The notes beneath the pieces were generated by a model. The model did no database searches. It saw only the letters and a list, made by a program, of their open reading frames with translations, and was not told the origin of the DNA. Of a DNA stretch of 53,900 bases, positions 1 through 8,160 are shown in pieces. The position numbers and the translations under genes are program-made. Origin of the DNA: a virus (taxonomy: Duplodnaviria; Caudoviricetes); IMG/VR virus record IMGVR_UViG_3300030107_003563, positions 1 to 53,900 of that record; one strand, written 5' to 3'. How positions within the stretch are numbered: the first letter of the stretch is position 1; each line of letters opens with the position of its first letter.

Positions 1-574
1 AAAACTCATATCCAAACAGTTTGCTGTATATATAGGCTTGTGAGTCATAGTTATACTTTGACGCTGACCATTGAAATCTCTCAATGTCTGCTGTTGTTTT
101 TAAATCAATAATTAACTTTTCTTCATGATTAACAATATCCGCTTTACCTTTCCATTTATTACCGAATAACTCTGTGATCATTGGAACCTCGTATTCTTTC
201 CATGCTTTTTCACCATTATTTATAATAAGGTCTCTACATATATCATTATCATATAGCTTTGTTCTCATTAATTCAATTTGATCTACTTCGTGTTGCAGTA
301 GACATAGTTCGCCACCAGCAACATCTTTATAGGCCTTGGTATTTCTAGTAGTTGACTTAACAACTTTGTATTTTTCTAGCTTATCGGGTTCTAGAATACA
401 CGTATGGAAATACCCACCAACTAAAAACGCAGGAGATGGCTTGCTTGGTTCGAAGGCTCTTAATGGATCTTTTAATAATCTACCAACATGTGAGTTGGAT
501 AAAAATTGATTACCAAATTCACCATAATAGTCTTCATCATTTTTTAACTTCTGTAGTATCTTTTCTTTTTTCAT
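1..574 (-). CDS. PD-(D/E)XK exonuclease, RecE/ExoVIII (DUF3799)-like; 3'-truncated by window edge
   Basis: Not in ORF track; translated by hand from ATG at 574: MKKEKILQKLKNDEDYYG...LSNS...GGYFHTCILEP...WKGKADIV...IIDLKTT...YDSQAYIY; next to ERF gene. Confidence 0.8.
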   Translation of the reverse strand, partial: MKKEKILQKLKNDEDYYGEFGNQFLSNSHVGRLLKDPLRAFEPSKPSPAFLVGGYFHTCILEPDKLEKYKVVKSTTRNTKAYKDVAGGELCLLQHEVDQIELMRTKLYDNDICRDLIINNGEKAWKEYEVPMITELFGNKWKGKADIVNHEEKLIIDLKTTADIERFQWSASKYNYDSQAYIYSKLFGYEF

Positions 575-1133
575 TTTCTAATAATAAGTTTTGTTCTTGA
601 ACTACTGTTAGTTGATATTTAGATTTTATAGCATCAACCTCTCCTCCTGCGGCTACATATTCAATAGCTTTTTTCATTTGTGCTTCAGTTATCTTAGGTT
701 TAGCCGCTTGTTTGATTTTATTAACTACATTGGATTTTTTACCATGATCATTAGTAGCATCCGCGTCTTCAGTGTCATCAATTAAAAATAGATTACCCAA
801 CGCATATTTCTTACCATAAGAAGATGCGGCTCCAAATTGTTGAGCGGTTTGCATACCTTTTTGATTAAGGTCTACACCTACTATAGCGGTCGCGTGTATA
901 GCATTTTCGCCATCTGATATTGTTGCTGTTGATTTAATTGTTGGAACAGGGTCGTGTGCTATCATGTCCTCTTTAAGAGTAACCGTGACGCCTTGCTCCA
1001 TTAAGAAAGGCTTTGTAGCCTCTAAGATGTCTTCTGCTTTACGGAAATAGTATTTTCCAAAGCTATTATATGAAGACTTTTTTGCTTTTAGCTTAGTCTG
1101 AATGACTGCTAGTTTTTGGTTTAATTCTTTCAT
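537..1133 (-). CDS. erf: ERF-family single-strand annealing protein
   Basis: KSSYNSFGKYYFRKAEDI and GAASSYGKKYALGNLFLIDDTEDAD match ERF motifs. Confidence 0.85.
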   Translation of the reverse strand: MKELNQKLAVIQTKLKAKKSSYNSFGKYYFRKAEDILEATKPFLMEQGVTVTLKEDMIAHDPVPTIKSTATISDGENAIHATAIVGVDLNQKGMQTAQQFGAASSYGKKYALGNLFLIDDTEDADATNDHGKKSNVVNKIKQAAKPKITEAQMKKAIEYVAAGGEVDAIKSKYQLTVVQEQNLLLENEKRKDTTEVKK

Positions 1134-1157
1134 AATTTTGGTCTTTTGGTGTATATG

Positions 1158-1185
1158 TATAATTACACGTTTTTATTTAAATTTA
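1158..1185 (-). promoter_or_regulatory. Class-B bipartite promoter-like motif TAAAT-N14-GTAATTATA
   Basis: Same boxes and 14-nt spacer as four plus-strand copies; 25 nt upstream of erf. Confidence 0.6.
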
Positions 1186-1195
1186 CATTAGTAAC

Positions 1196-1954
1196 TTACA
1201 GGAAATCAAGCACTTGCGAGTGATCTACGTTTTCTATTAATTTATCTACTGCTTGCTTTTTTAACTGTGAAATACGCACATAAGCACTACTACCTTCTAT
1301 ACTTAAATGCTTAGCTATTTCAGCAGCAGAATGTTTGTCACAATTAAGTCCATAACTCATTCTTAAAACTTCATATTCTTTAATTGTTAAATGTTGTTTT
1401 AATAAAGATGTTAAATATGCGTTCATCATTTCTATATTGTATGGTTCTGTTTCGTCAGGTATTTCGTAAACAGAGTTATCGTCTTCATTTAATCCAGCAT
1501 CTAAACTTAAAAATACTGAATTAAAAAACATTGCAACTGTTTTCTTATCTTTACCAAAGCTTTTTCTTATTTCATTTAATTTATGCTCGGGTATTCTTAT
1601 ACTACCTCTGTTTATATCTATACCTCTTCGTATTGCCCCTTTAATACGTTTTGAAAAGAAAGATTTTAATGTTTTTTCCATATCGTCAGACTCTAAAAGT
1701 CTTTCCATATCTAATCTTTGAACTGCTTTTACTAAACCAAAACTTCCTTCTTGTATAAGGTCTAATATAGACATGCAACCACTAGCTTGTTGGGATGTTG
1801 CAAACTTTCTAGCTATGTTTTCTACTAAAGGTAAAAACTTTATTTCAAGTTCTTTAGTTGTGTATTCGTGCCATTGTTTTTTAGGTAAGCGTTTAATTGC
1901 TTTTTCTACATCATTTTTGTATCTAATATAGTTTTGTACATTGTAATATTTCAT
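1196..1954 (-). CDS. Phage sigma-70-family RNA polymerase sigma factor
   Basis: Region 2 (LVENIARKF...DLIQEGSFGLVKAV), IRIPEH, region 4 HTH (EYEVLRMSYGL...AEIAKHL...RISQLKKQAVDKL). Confidence 0.9.
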   Translation of the reverse strand: MKYYNVQNYIRYKNDVEKAIKRLPKKQWHEYTTKELEIKFLPLVENIARKFATSQQASGCMSILDLIQEGSFGLVKAVQRLDMERLLESDDMEKTLKSFFSKRIKGAIRRGIDINRGSIRIPEHKLNEIRKSFGKDKKTVAMFFNSVFLSLDAGLNEDDNSVYEIPDETEPYNIEMMNAYLTSLLKQHLTIKEYEVLRMSYGLNCDKHSAAEIAKHLSIEGSSAYVRISQLKKQAVDKLIENVDHSQVLDFL

Positions 1955-1965
1955 TAGTATTGTTT

Positions 1966-2076
1966 TTATTTATTAAATGGTTTTGATCTTACTACTTTAT
2001 CTCTTTTCATTCTCTTGAGCGTCCATAAAATATCTGTTAATAATTTAAATAATTGTTCTTCTTGTTTTCCTGTCAT
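1966..2076 (-). CDS. Small hypothetical protein (36 aa)
   Basis: MTGKQEEQLFKLLTDILWTLKRMKRDKVVRSKPFNK; ATGA overlap with upstream stop. Confidence 0.4.
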   Translation of the reverse strand: MTGKQEEQLFKLLTDILWTLKRMKRDKVVRSKPFNK

Positions 2077-2687
2077 AATTGCTTGTTTAATAATTCTTTT
2101 TCTCTTTTTAATTCTTCACACATGTTTCTATGTATGGTTCTAGTTGAGCAGTCTAACAAACCTGCTATTCTACTTATTGTAATTTTTTTACCCATATCAT
2201 TCATGTCTAACATACATTGGTAAATATCATCGGCATGTATACGTTTAGATCTACCTATTAATTCACCTACAACTCTAAGTTTTTCTTCTTTAGATAACCT
2301 GTTGCCATATTTAAATATTACTTTACGTAGTTTATTTTTTGGAGGTTCTTCTAGGTCTAACATACTAACTTCATATACTATTTTTCTTAGTAATTCAGCA
2401 TGTATAGTAAAGCTAGTAAACCCATTTGGTTTATGAGCTATAACCTCTGCTATTTTCATAAACTCATCTTGATCAAGTTGAGGATTTAAATACCATAAAA
2501 CTAGTAAATGCCATTTAAGAGATTTAAAAGTAGTTATTTTTGCTTTACTATTAAACAAATGATAACACTCATGTGTACCATTAAGATAAAACATATAACA
2601 TTCATTCTCTTGGTCTGGTTTATCAGTTATTGGGTCTCGTCTATAGACGATGCGGTTATTATTAAAATAATTTAAGTTACGTGACAT
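2073..2687 (-). CDS. DNA-binding protein with C-terminal HTH; possible origin-binding/replication initiator
   Basis: C-terminal KITISRIAGLLDCSTRTIHRNM helix-turn-helix; initiator role is inference. Confidence 0.55.
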   Translation of the reverse strand: MSRNLNYFNNNRIVYRRDPITDKPDQENECYMFYLNGTHECYHLFNSKAKITTFKSLKWHLLVLWYLNPQLDQDEFMKIAEVIAHKPNGFTSFTIHAELLRKIVYEVSMLDLEEPPKNKLRKVIFKYGNRLSKEEKLRVVGELIGRSKRIHADDIYQCMLDMNDMGKKITISRIAGLLDCSTRTIHRNMCEELKREKELLNKQL

Positions 2688-2725
2688 TAGCCTATTACTC
2701 TTTATATTTAGGGGCTGTTGTCACA
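2681..2725. promoter_or_regulatory. Long-spacer inverted repeat, copy 1 (GTGACATTAGCC...GGCTGTTGTCAC)
   Basis: 16-bp TGACATTAGCCTATTA (2682-2697) is identical to 8817-8832; overlaps start codon of HTH gene. Confidence 0.6.
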
Positions 2726-2815
2726 GTCCCCTCTGGTTTTAATGTTTTTAAAATAATTACTGTTCTATCAGGATAATCAATATTACCATATTTTTTATCT
2801 ACCCATTGTTTTATT

Positions 2816-3178
2816 CTATTTCTTAGGTTTTCGTTCATCTATTCTTTGTTTTATTATTTTTATATCATTTGCTTCTACAGTATAATCATTCATTAATTCT
2901 TGTGGTACTTTATCCCATGCGCCTATATAATTCTGTACATTAAATCCTCGTTTAATACATTCGTTATACAGGCTAATATATCTATTTTTAAGATATAACA
3001 GTTTATTATAAAAGAACTTAACGTGACCAGTACCTAATTTAAATTTATCAGGTATACCTTCCATATTATACTTGCCTTTGGCAATACAATTTGGTATACG
3101 TTTAATTTCTCTGTGTTCAGCTATTAAATGTTGATTAACTAAGTCAGCTGGCGGTATTCCTACATTTATTCTAGTCAT
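2816..3178 (-). CDS. denV: Pyrimidine-dimer DNA glycosylase / endonuclease V
   Basis: MTRIN...QHLIAEHREIKRI and FKLGTGHVKFFYNKLLYL...RGF match T4 DenV. Confidence 0.9.
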   Translation of the reverse strand: MTRINVGIPPADLVNQHLIAEHREIKRIPNCIAKGKYNMEGIPDKFKLGTGHVKFFYNKLLYLKNRYISLYNECIKRGFNVQNYIGAWDKVPQELMNDYTVEANDIKIIKQRIDERKPKK

Positions 3179-3270
3179 ATTGTTGTTTTGCTAATTTTTC
3201 TATTACTTTTACTAGTTTAGTTAAGGCTTTAGTTAAGTCGCTAATGTCCTTATACATTTGTTGTTGATTT

Positions 3271-4215
3271 CTATTCATAATCTCTAATACATTTAAATAA
3301 TGGGTGTCTATAACTACCCGCTTTAGTTCGTTCAAAATACGTGAACGTCGCTACACATCCAACCCATGTTTTCATTGTCTCAAAGTTTTCTTGTAAATAA
3401 TCAAACTTATCCATAACAGGCATACCAAATTCATTACCATCAGCATCTATAGCCATAAACTTACCAATAGTACCTTTACGCTTACCTTTACCTTCAACCC
3501 AAGAAGTTAATGTAGCTTCAGCGTCGTGAAAATCTTTAAATTTTCGTAATGACCAAGATCTACCACATTTATATACATCATTAGTACGCAATATAGAACC
3601 TTCATAACCTTCATTTAAATTATCTTGATGACAATCTTTAGCTTGTGCCTCTGTGTGCATTAATATAGTTGACACATGTTTAACACAATTGTTGCGTGGT
3701 ACAAATTTTGTAATAAATCTATTACGTTCATCAAATATTTTGGTTTCATCTATTATATCATAACAATGAAATTGCACGAGATCTTCTGATTCTAGCATGT
3801 CTATGTCATCGGGATTTTGTCTTCTGACCAAAGATATAATAGTCTCAAAATCGTCTCTTAGATCGTGATTATATAACTCACCATCAAGTATAACATTGGG
3901 GTGTTTTTGGAAGAAAGGAACTAAACTCTCAAGTATATGGTGCATATTTCTCCATTCTTTCCCCGTACGCGAATATGCTCTTACTACTGGAAGTCCCATG
4001 AATTCTTCAGATTGTATTAAACATCTAACACCGTCTAATTTTGGTTGCATAAATACATTTTGACTATAATCTATTGGTTTATCGCTTACTGGGTAAGCTA
4101 ACATTGGTTTCTTTCTCATTCCTTTTATTATTTTATCGTTTGAAAACACTATTTGAGGCATAAATGTCATAGCGACAGAGCCTAGTGTTATTTGTTTTAA
4201 GAATTGTCTTCTCAT
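3271..4215 (-). CDS. ATP-dependent DNA ligase
   Basis: KPMLA, QPKLDGVRC (motif I), LDGELY, EGSILR, KFKDFHDAE, C-terminal OB fold (YRHPLF). Confidence 0.93.
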   Translation of the reverse strand: MRRQFLKQITLGSVAMTFMPQIVFSNDKIIKGMRKKPMLAYPVSDKPIDYSQNVFMQPKLDGVRCLIQSEEFMGLPVVRAYSRTGKEWRNMHHILESLVPFFQKHPNVILDGELYNHDLRDDFETIISLVRRQNPDDIDMLESEDLVQFHCYDIIDETKIFDERNRFITKFVPRNNCVKHVSTILMHTEAQAKDCHQDNLNEGYEGSILRTNDVYKCGRSWSLRKFKDFHDAEATLTSWVEGKGKRKGTIGKFMAIDADGNEFGMPVMDKFDYLQENFETMKTWVGCVATFTYFERTKAGSYRHPLFKCIRDYE

Positions 4216-4556
4216 TTATTATGTTTTCTTAATATTTTATTTACTTCGTCCATTCGTTGTTTTATAATAGCACATTTTTCGTATGCTTCGTCTTCTTTGA
4301 ATAAATTCATTAGTGTCATAAGCTTTGCAGCCTCACCTAACGCATTTTCTTCTTCAGTGAGTTCAAGATCTTCATAAGCCGTTGACCAAGCTATGTCAGA
4401 CTTGGACACATGGATAAACCAGTCTTCCATAGACTTAAGTTTTACCATACGGCTTACGATCTTGATTGCTAATGTGTTAAGACCTTCTTCGCCAACTTTA
4501 AGGTCATTAATTTTATCTAATATTTGTTTGTTTGTTACACGTTTATTATCCGTCAT
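4212..4556 (-). CDS. Hypothetical protein with UVR-like C-terminal motif
   Basis: EDEAYEKCAIIKQRMD resembles UvrB/UvrC coiled-coil motif; start uncertain because it lies within a promoter-like motif. Confidence 0.55.
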   Translation of the reverse strand: MTDNKRVTNKQILDKINDLKVGEEGLNTLAIKIVSRMVKLKSMEDWFIHVSKSDIAWSTAYEDLELTEEENALGEAAKLMTLMNLFKEDEAYEKCAIIKQRMDEVNKILRKHNK

Positions 4557-4575
4557 TGTTCGTATTTATTTTGTA
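4545..4575 (-). promoter_or_regulatory. Class-A promoter-like motif TACAAAATAAATACG-N9-GGATAAT
   Basis: One mismatch to consensus of five copies; identical 9-nt spacer length. Confidence 0.6.
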
Positions 4576-4908
4576 TTTATCAATTAATTTCTGTGGTTCA
4601 CCTACGAATATACATTCAAAGTCATCACCATCACCATAACCTGCGAATATACTTATCCACGCGGCTTTACCTGGCGCCTGCCATACATAATATATGTACT
4701 CAAGATCGCCATGTCTAGCGTCAAGACGTTCTATTTCCCAACCTTCTACTTTGGTATATTTTTCTAAAGACTCTGCTATCTCTACACCTAATCCTTCTGG
4801 ATAACCATCACTGTGATTATAGAACTGCGCGTGTATAACATTTGGATGCTCGTTAAATGACACACCAACTTCTCTTGTTGCAAATCTAATCTGTGCTCTT
4901 GTGCTCAT
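4546..4908 (-). CDS. Hypothetical phage protein (HSDGYP motif)
   Basis: MSTRAQI...YNHSDGYPEGLG...EYIYYV pattern typical of a widespread phage family. Confidence 0.7.
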   Translation of the reverse strand: MSTRAQIRFATREVGVSFNEHPNVIHAQFYNHSDGYPEGLGVEIAESLEKYTKVEGWEIERLDARHGDLEYIYYVWQAPGKAAWISIFAGYGDGDDFECIFVGEPQKLIDKYKINTNNDG

Positions 4909-5170
4909 AATATTTCATTTTTAATGTTTCTATAATATTTCTACCTGTCGCTGTGTGAAAACCATAATTATGTGTATGTAATGCTGGTATTGGATCATTA
5001 AAGAATAACAATCTCATAAAATCTAATGCCTTTAATTCTTCATTAAATTCATTATTAAACTTTATAGCCATATCATTACAAGCTGCTGATATACAATCAG
5101 GACAATGTATTAGCTCTTCGTCTGATCTATAAGACATATAGTCTCTCACTTGTTTACTTGTTAATTTCAT
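4886..5170 (-). CDS. Hypothetical protein
   Basis: ORF in tightly packed minus-strand array. Confidence 0.6.
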   Translation of the reverse strand: MKLTSKQVRDYMSYRSDEELIHCPDCISAACNDMAIKFNNEFNEELKALDFMRLLFFNDPIPALHTHNYGFHTATGRNIIETLKMKYYEHKSTD

Positions 5171-5571
5171 TGTTGTAATTTTTCTACTGGGTGATTATCT
5201 GGTTCTGTTGTATCTAATTCCTCAGGGCACTTAGCTTCTTTAAATAGTTTACATACATTATTAACTATTTGCTCTGTTAATTCATAAGAACAAGATAAGT
5301 CAACGCTTTCAACATATACCTTACCATCATATTCCATACCAAACTCAAATTCATAGTTATCATTATTGCTAAAGTCAAAACCTTCAACGGCTTTTTCTAT
5401 AGCATTGTGAATATTATCAATCATCATTGGTGTAATTTCTGGTTTATTAATATCTTCAATTTGCTTTTCTAATTCTGCTATTTGATTTTGATACTCTCTA
5501 ACTTTATCGTTAGTTTCGCTTTGCAACAACTTTAATGCTGCCATGTTTGTTTCTAATTGTTCTTTTGTCAT
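5167..5571 (-). CDS. Hypothetical acidic coiled-coil protein
   Basis: ORF directly downstream of class-A motif; ATGA overlap with next gene. Confidence 0.7.
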   Translation of the reverse strand: MTKEQLETNMAALKLLQSETNDKVREYQNQIAELEKQIEDINKPEITPMMIDNIHNAIEKAVEGFDFSNNDNYEFEFGMEYDGKVYVESVDLSCSYELTEQIVNNVCKLFKEAKCPEELDTTEPDNHPVEKLQQ

Positions 5572-5594
5572 GTTTTTATTATTTATTTAATTAT

Positions 5595-5625
5595 ATTATC
5601 CGACTTACGTCGTATTTAGTTTGTA
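5595..5625 (-). promoter_or_regulatory. Class-A promoter-like motif TACAAACTAAATACG-N9-GGATAAT
   Basis: Consensus copy, 24 nt upstream of ORF start 5571. Confidence 0.7.
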
Positions 5626-5630
5626 ATAAA

Positions 5631-5779
5631 ACGAGGTCGGGCAGGTGTGGTTCTTTGCTTTATCCTGCCGTTCTGCCAAGTGAGTAAGATCGCTATATGA
5701 GTTAGTGGGCTACTGTCTTGCAGATTTATGCGCTAACTTCCAAGCGTACACGTCTCACGCGCTACCACCCTCACCTCGT
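5631..5779. ncRNA. Candidate structured RNA, family unknown
   Basis: GC-richer intergenic segment closed by ACGAGGT/ACCTCGT, with inner stems GGCAGG/CCTGCC, AGTTAG/CTAACT, GCGT/ACGC. Confidence 0.45.
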
Positions 5780-5810
5780 ATATTCACCTATGGTCTTTCG
5801 ACGAAGGGAA

Positions 5811-5948
5811 TTATTCATACCATATTGCGTATACTTTTACACCTTTAGGTTCACACATTAATATTTTTTTCTTTATTGGTTGTTCTTTTAATAGGCTTTT
5901 GTCCCAATATTTTGGATTCTTGCTGTTCAGTTTTCTTTTTTTCGTCAT
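5811..5948 (-). CDS. Small basic hypothetical protein (45 aa)
   Basis: Hand translation MTKKRKLNSKNPKYWDKSLLKEQPIKKKILMCEPKGVKVYAIWYE. Confidence 0.5.
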   Translation of the reverse strand: MTKKRKLNSKNPKYWDKSLLKEQPIKKKILMCEPKGVKVYAIWYE

Positions 5949-6013
5949 ATTTTTCTATGTTTTTTAATAGTTTTTCGTTTTGATCTTCTTGTTTTCTAAA
6001 TAATCTTATCATA

Positions 6014-6508
6014 TTATAGTATTTTATGTCTTACTCCGTTTACTGTTACACTTACTTCTGTAACAAAATTATTAATTTCGTCAATTCTTTTTTGTACTTC
6101 ATCTTCATATTTCCATTTAGGTATAAAATTACCACTTGATAACATATTAGCTTGACCAATATAATAGTTTTTGAGACAAAAGGCTATTAAATATTCTAAT
6201 CTATCTTGCTCGTTTGGTATTAATATTCTTTCAATTGAGTAATATTTATATCCACTTGGAAATGATTTTTCAAAGTTTTTCTTAGTTTTATTTAGCTGCC
6301 AACTCGGAGAATATCCACCTGCTTTAGTACGCCTTACATAACCACTAGCAAAAGTCGCTACATGCATTTCACCTCCATATTGATCTTTCATTGGTAACTT
6401 AAATTCACGTGTACCATTTTTCTTTTGTCTTTCAGTTGTAACCTCTTGAATATCAAGGAATTGCAACATTCTTTCTATTTCTACGAAATTGTTAAATTGT
6501 TTCTTCAT
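6014..6508 (-). CDS. Hypothetical protein
   Basis: 164-aa ORF in array. Confidence 0.7.
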   Translation of the reverse strand: MKKQFNNFVEIERMLQFLDIQEVTTERQKKNGTREFKLPMKDQYGGEMHVATFASGYVRRTKAGGYSPSWQLNKTKKNFEKSFPSGYKYYSIERILIPNEQDRLEYLIAFCLKNYYIGQANMLSSGNFIPKWKYEDEVQKRIDEINNFVTEVSVTVNGVRHKIL

Positions 6509-6509
6509 A

Positions 6510-6671
6510 TTACTCTGTTATTATTTTGTTATTACTATGTATCATCCACTCGCAATTAGACAAGTTGTGACCTTTTTCTTCCATAAATTCTATTAATTCT
6601 TCTTCTTGAAGACGCACTTTGTATTGGTATACTCTACCATTTTCAAAATCTAGTATTGTTACATATTCCAT
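6510..6671 (-). CDS. Small hypothetical protein (53 aa)
   Basis: MEYVTILDFENGRVYQYKV...GHNLSNCEWMIH; fills gap between neighbouring ORFs. Confidence 0.6.
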   Translation of the reverse strand: MEYVTILDFENGRVYQYKVRLQEEELIEFMEEKGHNLSNCEWMIHSNNKIITE

Positions 6672-6677
6672 ATTATA

Positions 6678-6890
6678 TTATTTTAATAGTGTTCCATAAC
6701 CTCTGCGTTGAGTCATCTTGGATATGCGAGCAGCATCACTCATCGACATGATTTGTATGCCGTTACCCGTTTTGTGATTGATTAGTGGCGCGCAACCATA
6801 TTGCTCTGTTGTAGAGCATTCAACACACACTTTATAGCCAAGATCGACTCTGCCTTGAGGTATTATATTATTACATTTACACTGCAACAT
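6678..6890 (-). CDS. DksA/TraR-like C4 zinc-finger protein
   Basis: CKC...IPQGR......CVEC spacing matches the TraR/DksA zinc-finger pattern. Confidence 0.55.
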   Translation of the reverse strand: MLQCKCNNIIPQGRVDLGYKVCVECSTTEQYGCAPLINHKTGNGIQIMSMSDAARISKMTQRRGYGTLLK

Positions 6891-7068
6891 AAGTAAGTCC
6901 TTTATAATTAAACCAACTAGTTATGTGAGAAAAGCCGTCTTTATCTACTTCACCGAATCTAGTGTCAGCAAGAGAGCAAATGGTATATGGTTTATAAGTA
7001 ATACCATTTAATTGGATTTTTTGTAGACCAGTGGTCATGCTTGGTTTTAAGAATTTAATTGTTTGCAT
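6877..7068 (-). CDS. Hypothetical protein
   Basis: First ORF after class-A motif at 7101-7131. Confidence 0.6.
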   Translation of the reverse strand: MQTIKFLKPSMTTGLQKIQLNGITYKPYTICSLADTRFGEVDKDGFSHITSWFNYKGLTYVAV

Positions 7069-7100
7069 AGTTATATAATTTTTATTTGTTTAACATTATT

Positions 7101-7131
7101 ATTATCCATTAGTGTTCGTATTTAGTCTGTA
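7101..7131 (-). promoter_or_regulatory. Class-A promoter-like motif TACAGACTAAATACG-N9-GGATAAT
   Basis: One mismatch to consensus; intergenic. Confidence 0.7.
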
Positions 7132-7133
7132 AA

Positions 7134-7478
7134 TTAGTCCATTTCATCACAGTTCATACAGTCATACATCTCTGACCTTGTAGTTCTTTCATCTATTCTG
7201 TAACGAAACAAGTCTGCCACTAAATTGTCATTTTCTGACTTTAGAGCTAATAATTCTTTAACATAATATATACCATTTTGTTGAGTAATTCTACCATAAT
7301 ACATATCCATTCTAATAGCACTTATAATATCGTCTATTTTTATATCTATCATATGGAATTTTGATATATTATTCTTGTAATTCACATCATTTATTGAGTC
7401 AACACATATTTGATTACATTGACTATAACCTACTCCTGCAATTAACAGTGCTGCTACACTTAATTTAATTTTCTTCAT
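7134..7478 (-). CDS. Hypothetical exported protein
   Basis: N-terminal signal-peptide-like MKKIKLSVAALLIAGVGYSQ. Confidence 0.6.
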   Translation of the reverse strand: MKKIKLSVAALLIAGVGYSQCNQICVDSINDVNYKNNISKFHMIDIKIDDIISAIRMDMYYGRITQQNGIYYVKELLALKSENDNLVADLFRYRIDERTTRSEMYDCMNCDEMD

Positions 7479-7614
7479 TTAATTTGTTTTTATGTTTAGT
7501 TTTTCTGTTGTATTTTTTCTTATTAACAAACGTCGAGGAGCCTGGTGGTCTCACACCTTGCTCGAGTTCTACTCGCCTTTTGACTCCTCGTTTCTGTTTG
7601 TTATTTAATTTCAT
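7465..7614 (-). CDS. Small basic protein with ArfA/BrfA-like C-terminal motif (49 aa)
   Basis: Hand translation MKLNNKQKRGVKRRVELEQGVRPPGSSTFVNKKKYNRKTKHKNKLNEEN; TAATG overlap with upstream gene. Confidence 0.55.
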   Translation of the reverse strand: MKLNNKQKRGVKRRVELEQGVRPPGSSTFVNKKKYNRKTKHKNKLNEEN

Positions 7615-7859
7615 TAATCTAGTGATGGTTCTATTCCGTTTTTTTCATCTATTTCTATACAGTTTGCTATTGCGTTTGCTAATAAATCTTGTGATTCTTG
7701 ACTATTAAACCAATCTTCTTTCTCCCATACATAGTAAATCCAATCATTTGCTTCACTCGCTGTCTCAAAGTAATTGTCGTAAGTATTACCATAACTATCA
7801 GTTACTTTTGCATGATACCAAGTATTATTATCTTTTCTTGTTATACTAAAATCTCTCAT
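7614..7859 (-). CDS. Hypothetical protein
   Basis: 81-aa acidic/aromatic ORF in array. Confidence 0.65.
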   Translation of the reverse strand: MRDFSITRKDNNTWYHAKVTDSYGNTYDNYFETASEANDWIYYVWEKEDWFNSQESQDLLANAIANCIEIDEKNGIEPSLD

Positions 7860-7861
7860 AT

Positions 7862-7975
7862 TTACTTTATTGTTAAAGTTATTAATTCAAATTCATCATT
7901 AGTAATCAATCCACTCATCAAAGCTAAGTATTCTGTACTAATATCTCTACCTGTTATTTTATTTATTATAGTCAT
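7862..7975 (-). CDS. Small hypothetical protein (37 aa)
   Basis: MTIINKITGRDISTEYLALMSGLITNDEFELITLTIK; stop 2 nt before next ATG. Confidence 0.5.
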   Translation of the reverse strand: MTIINKITGRDISTEYLALMSGLITNDEFELITLTIK

Positions 7976-8008
7976 AATTTCTATATTTTATTAGTTATAC
8001 ATTTTATT

Positions 8009-8051
8009 TAGTTGTAGTGTGAGAATCGAACTCACATTAACCATTACTACA
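8009..8051 (-). ncRNA. tRNA-like minihelix (acceptor stem plus T arm, no anticodon arm)
   Basis: TGTAGT-AATGGTTAAT-GTGAG-TTCGATT-CTCAC-ACTACA-ACTA. Confidence 0.55.
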
Positions 8052-8160
8052 TGTTACTCATTCGCATTTTTTATAACTCGCTAAACAAGTGGAACTACGA
8101 GTCTGCCCACTACACGCTAATCAGCACTTCACGTGTAGTTACTACTGGCAAGTTTTTATA

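Noticed and set aside
8009-8051. Canonical tRNA gene
   Set aside because: Only 10 nt between acceptor stem and T arm; no D stem or anticodon arm.
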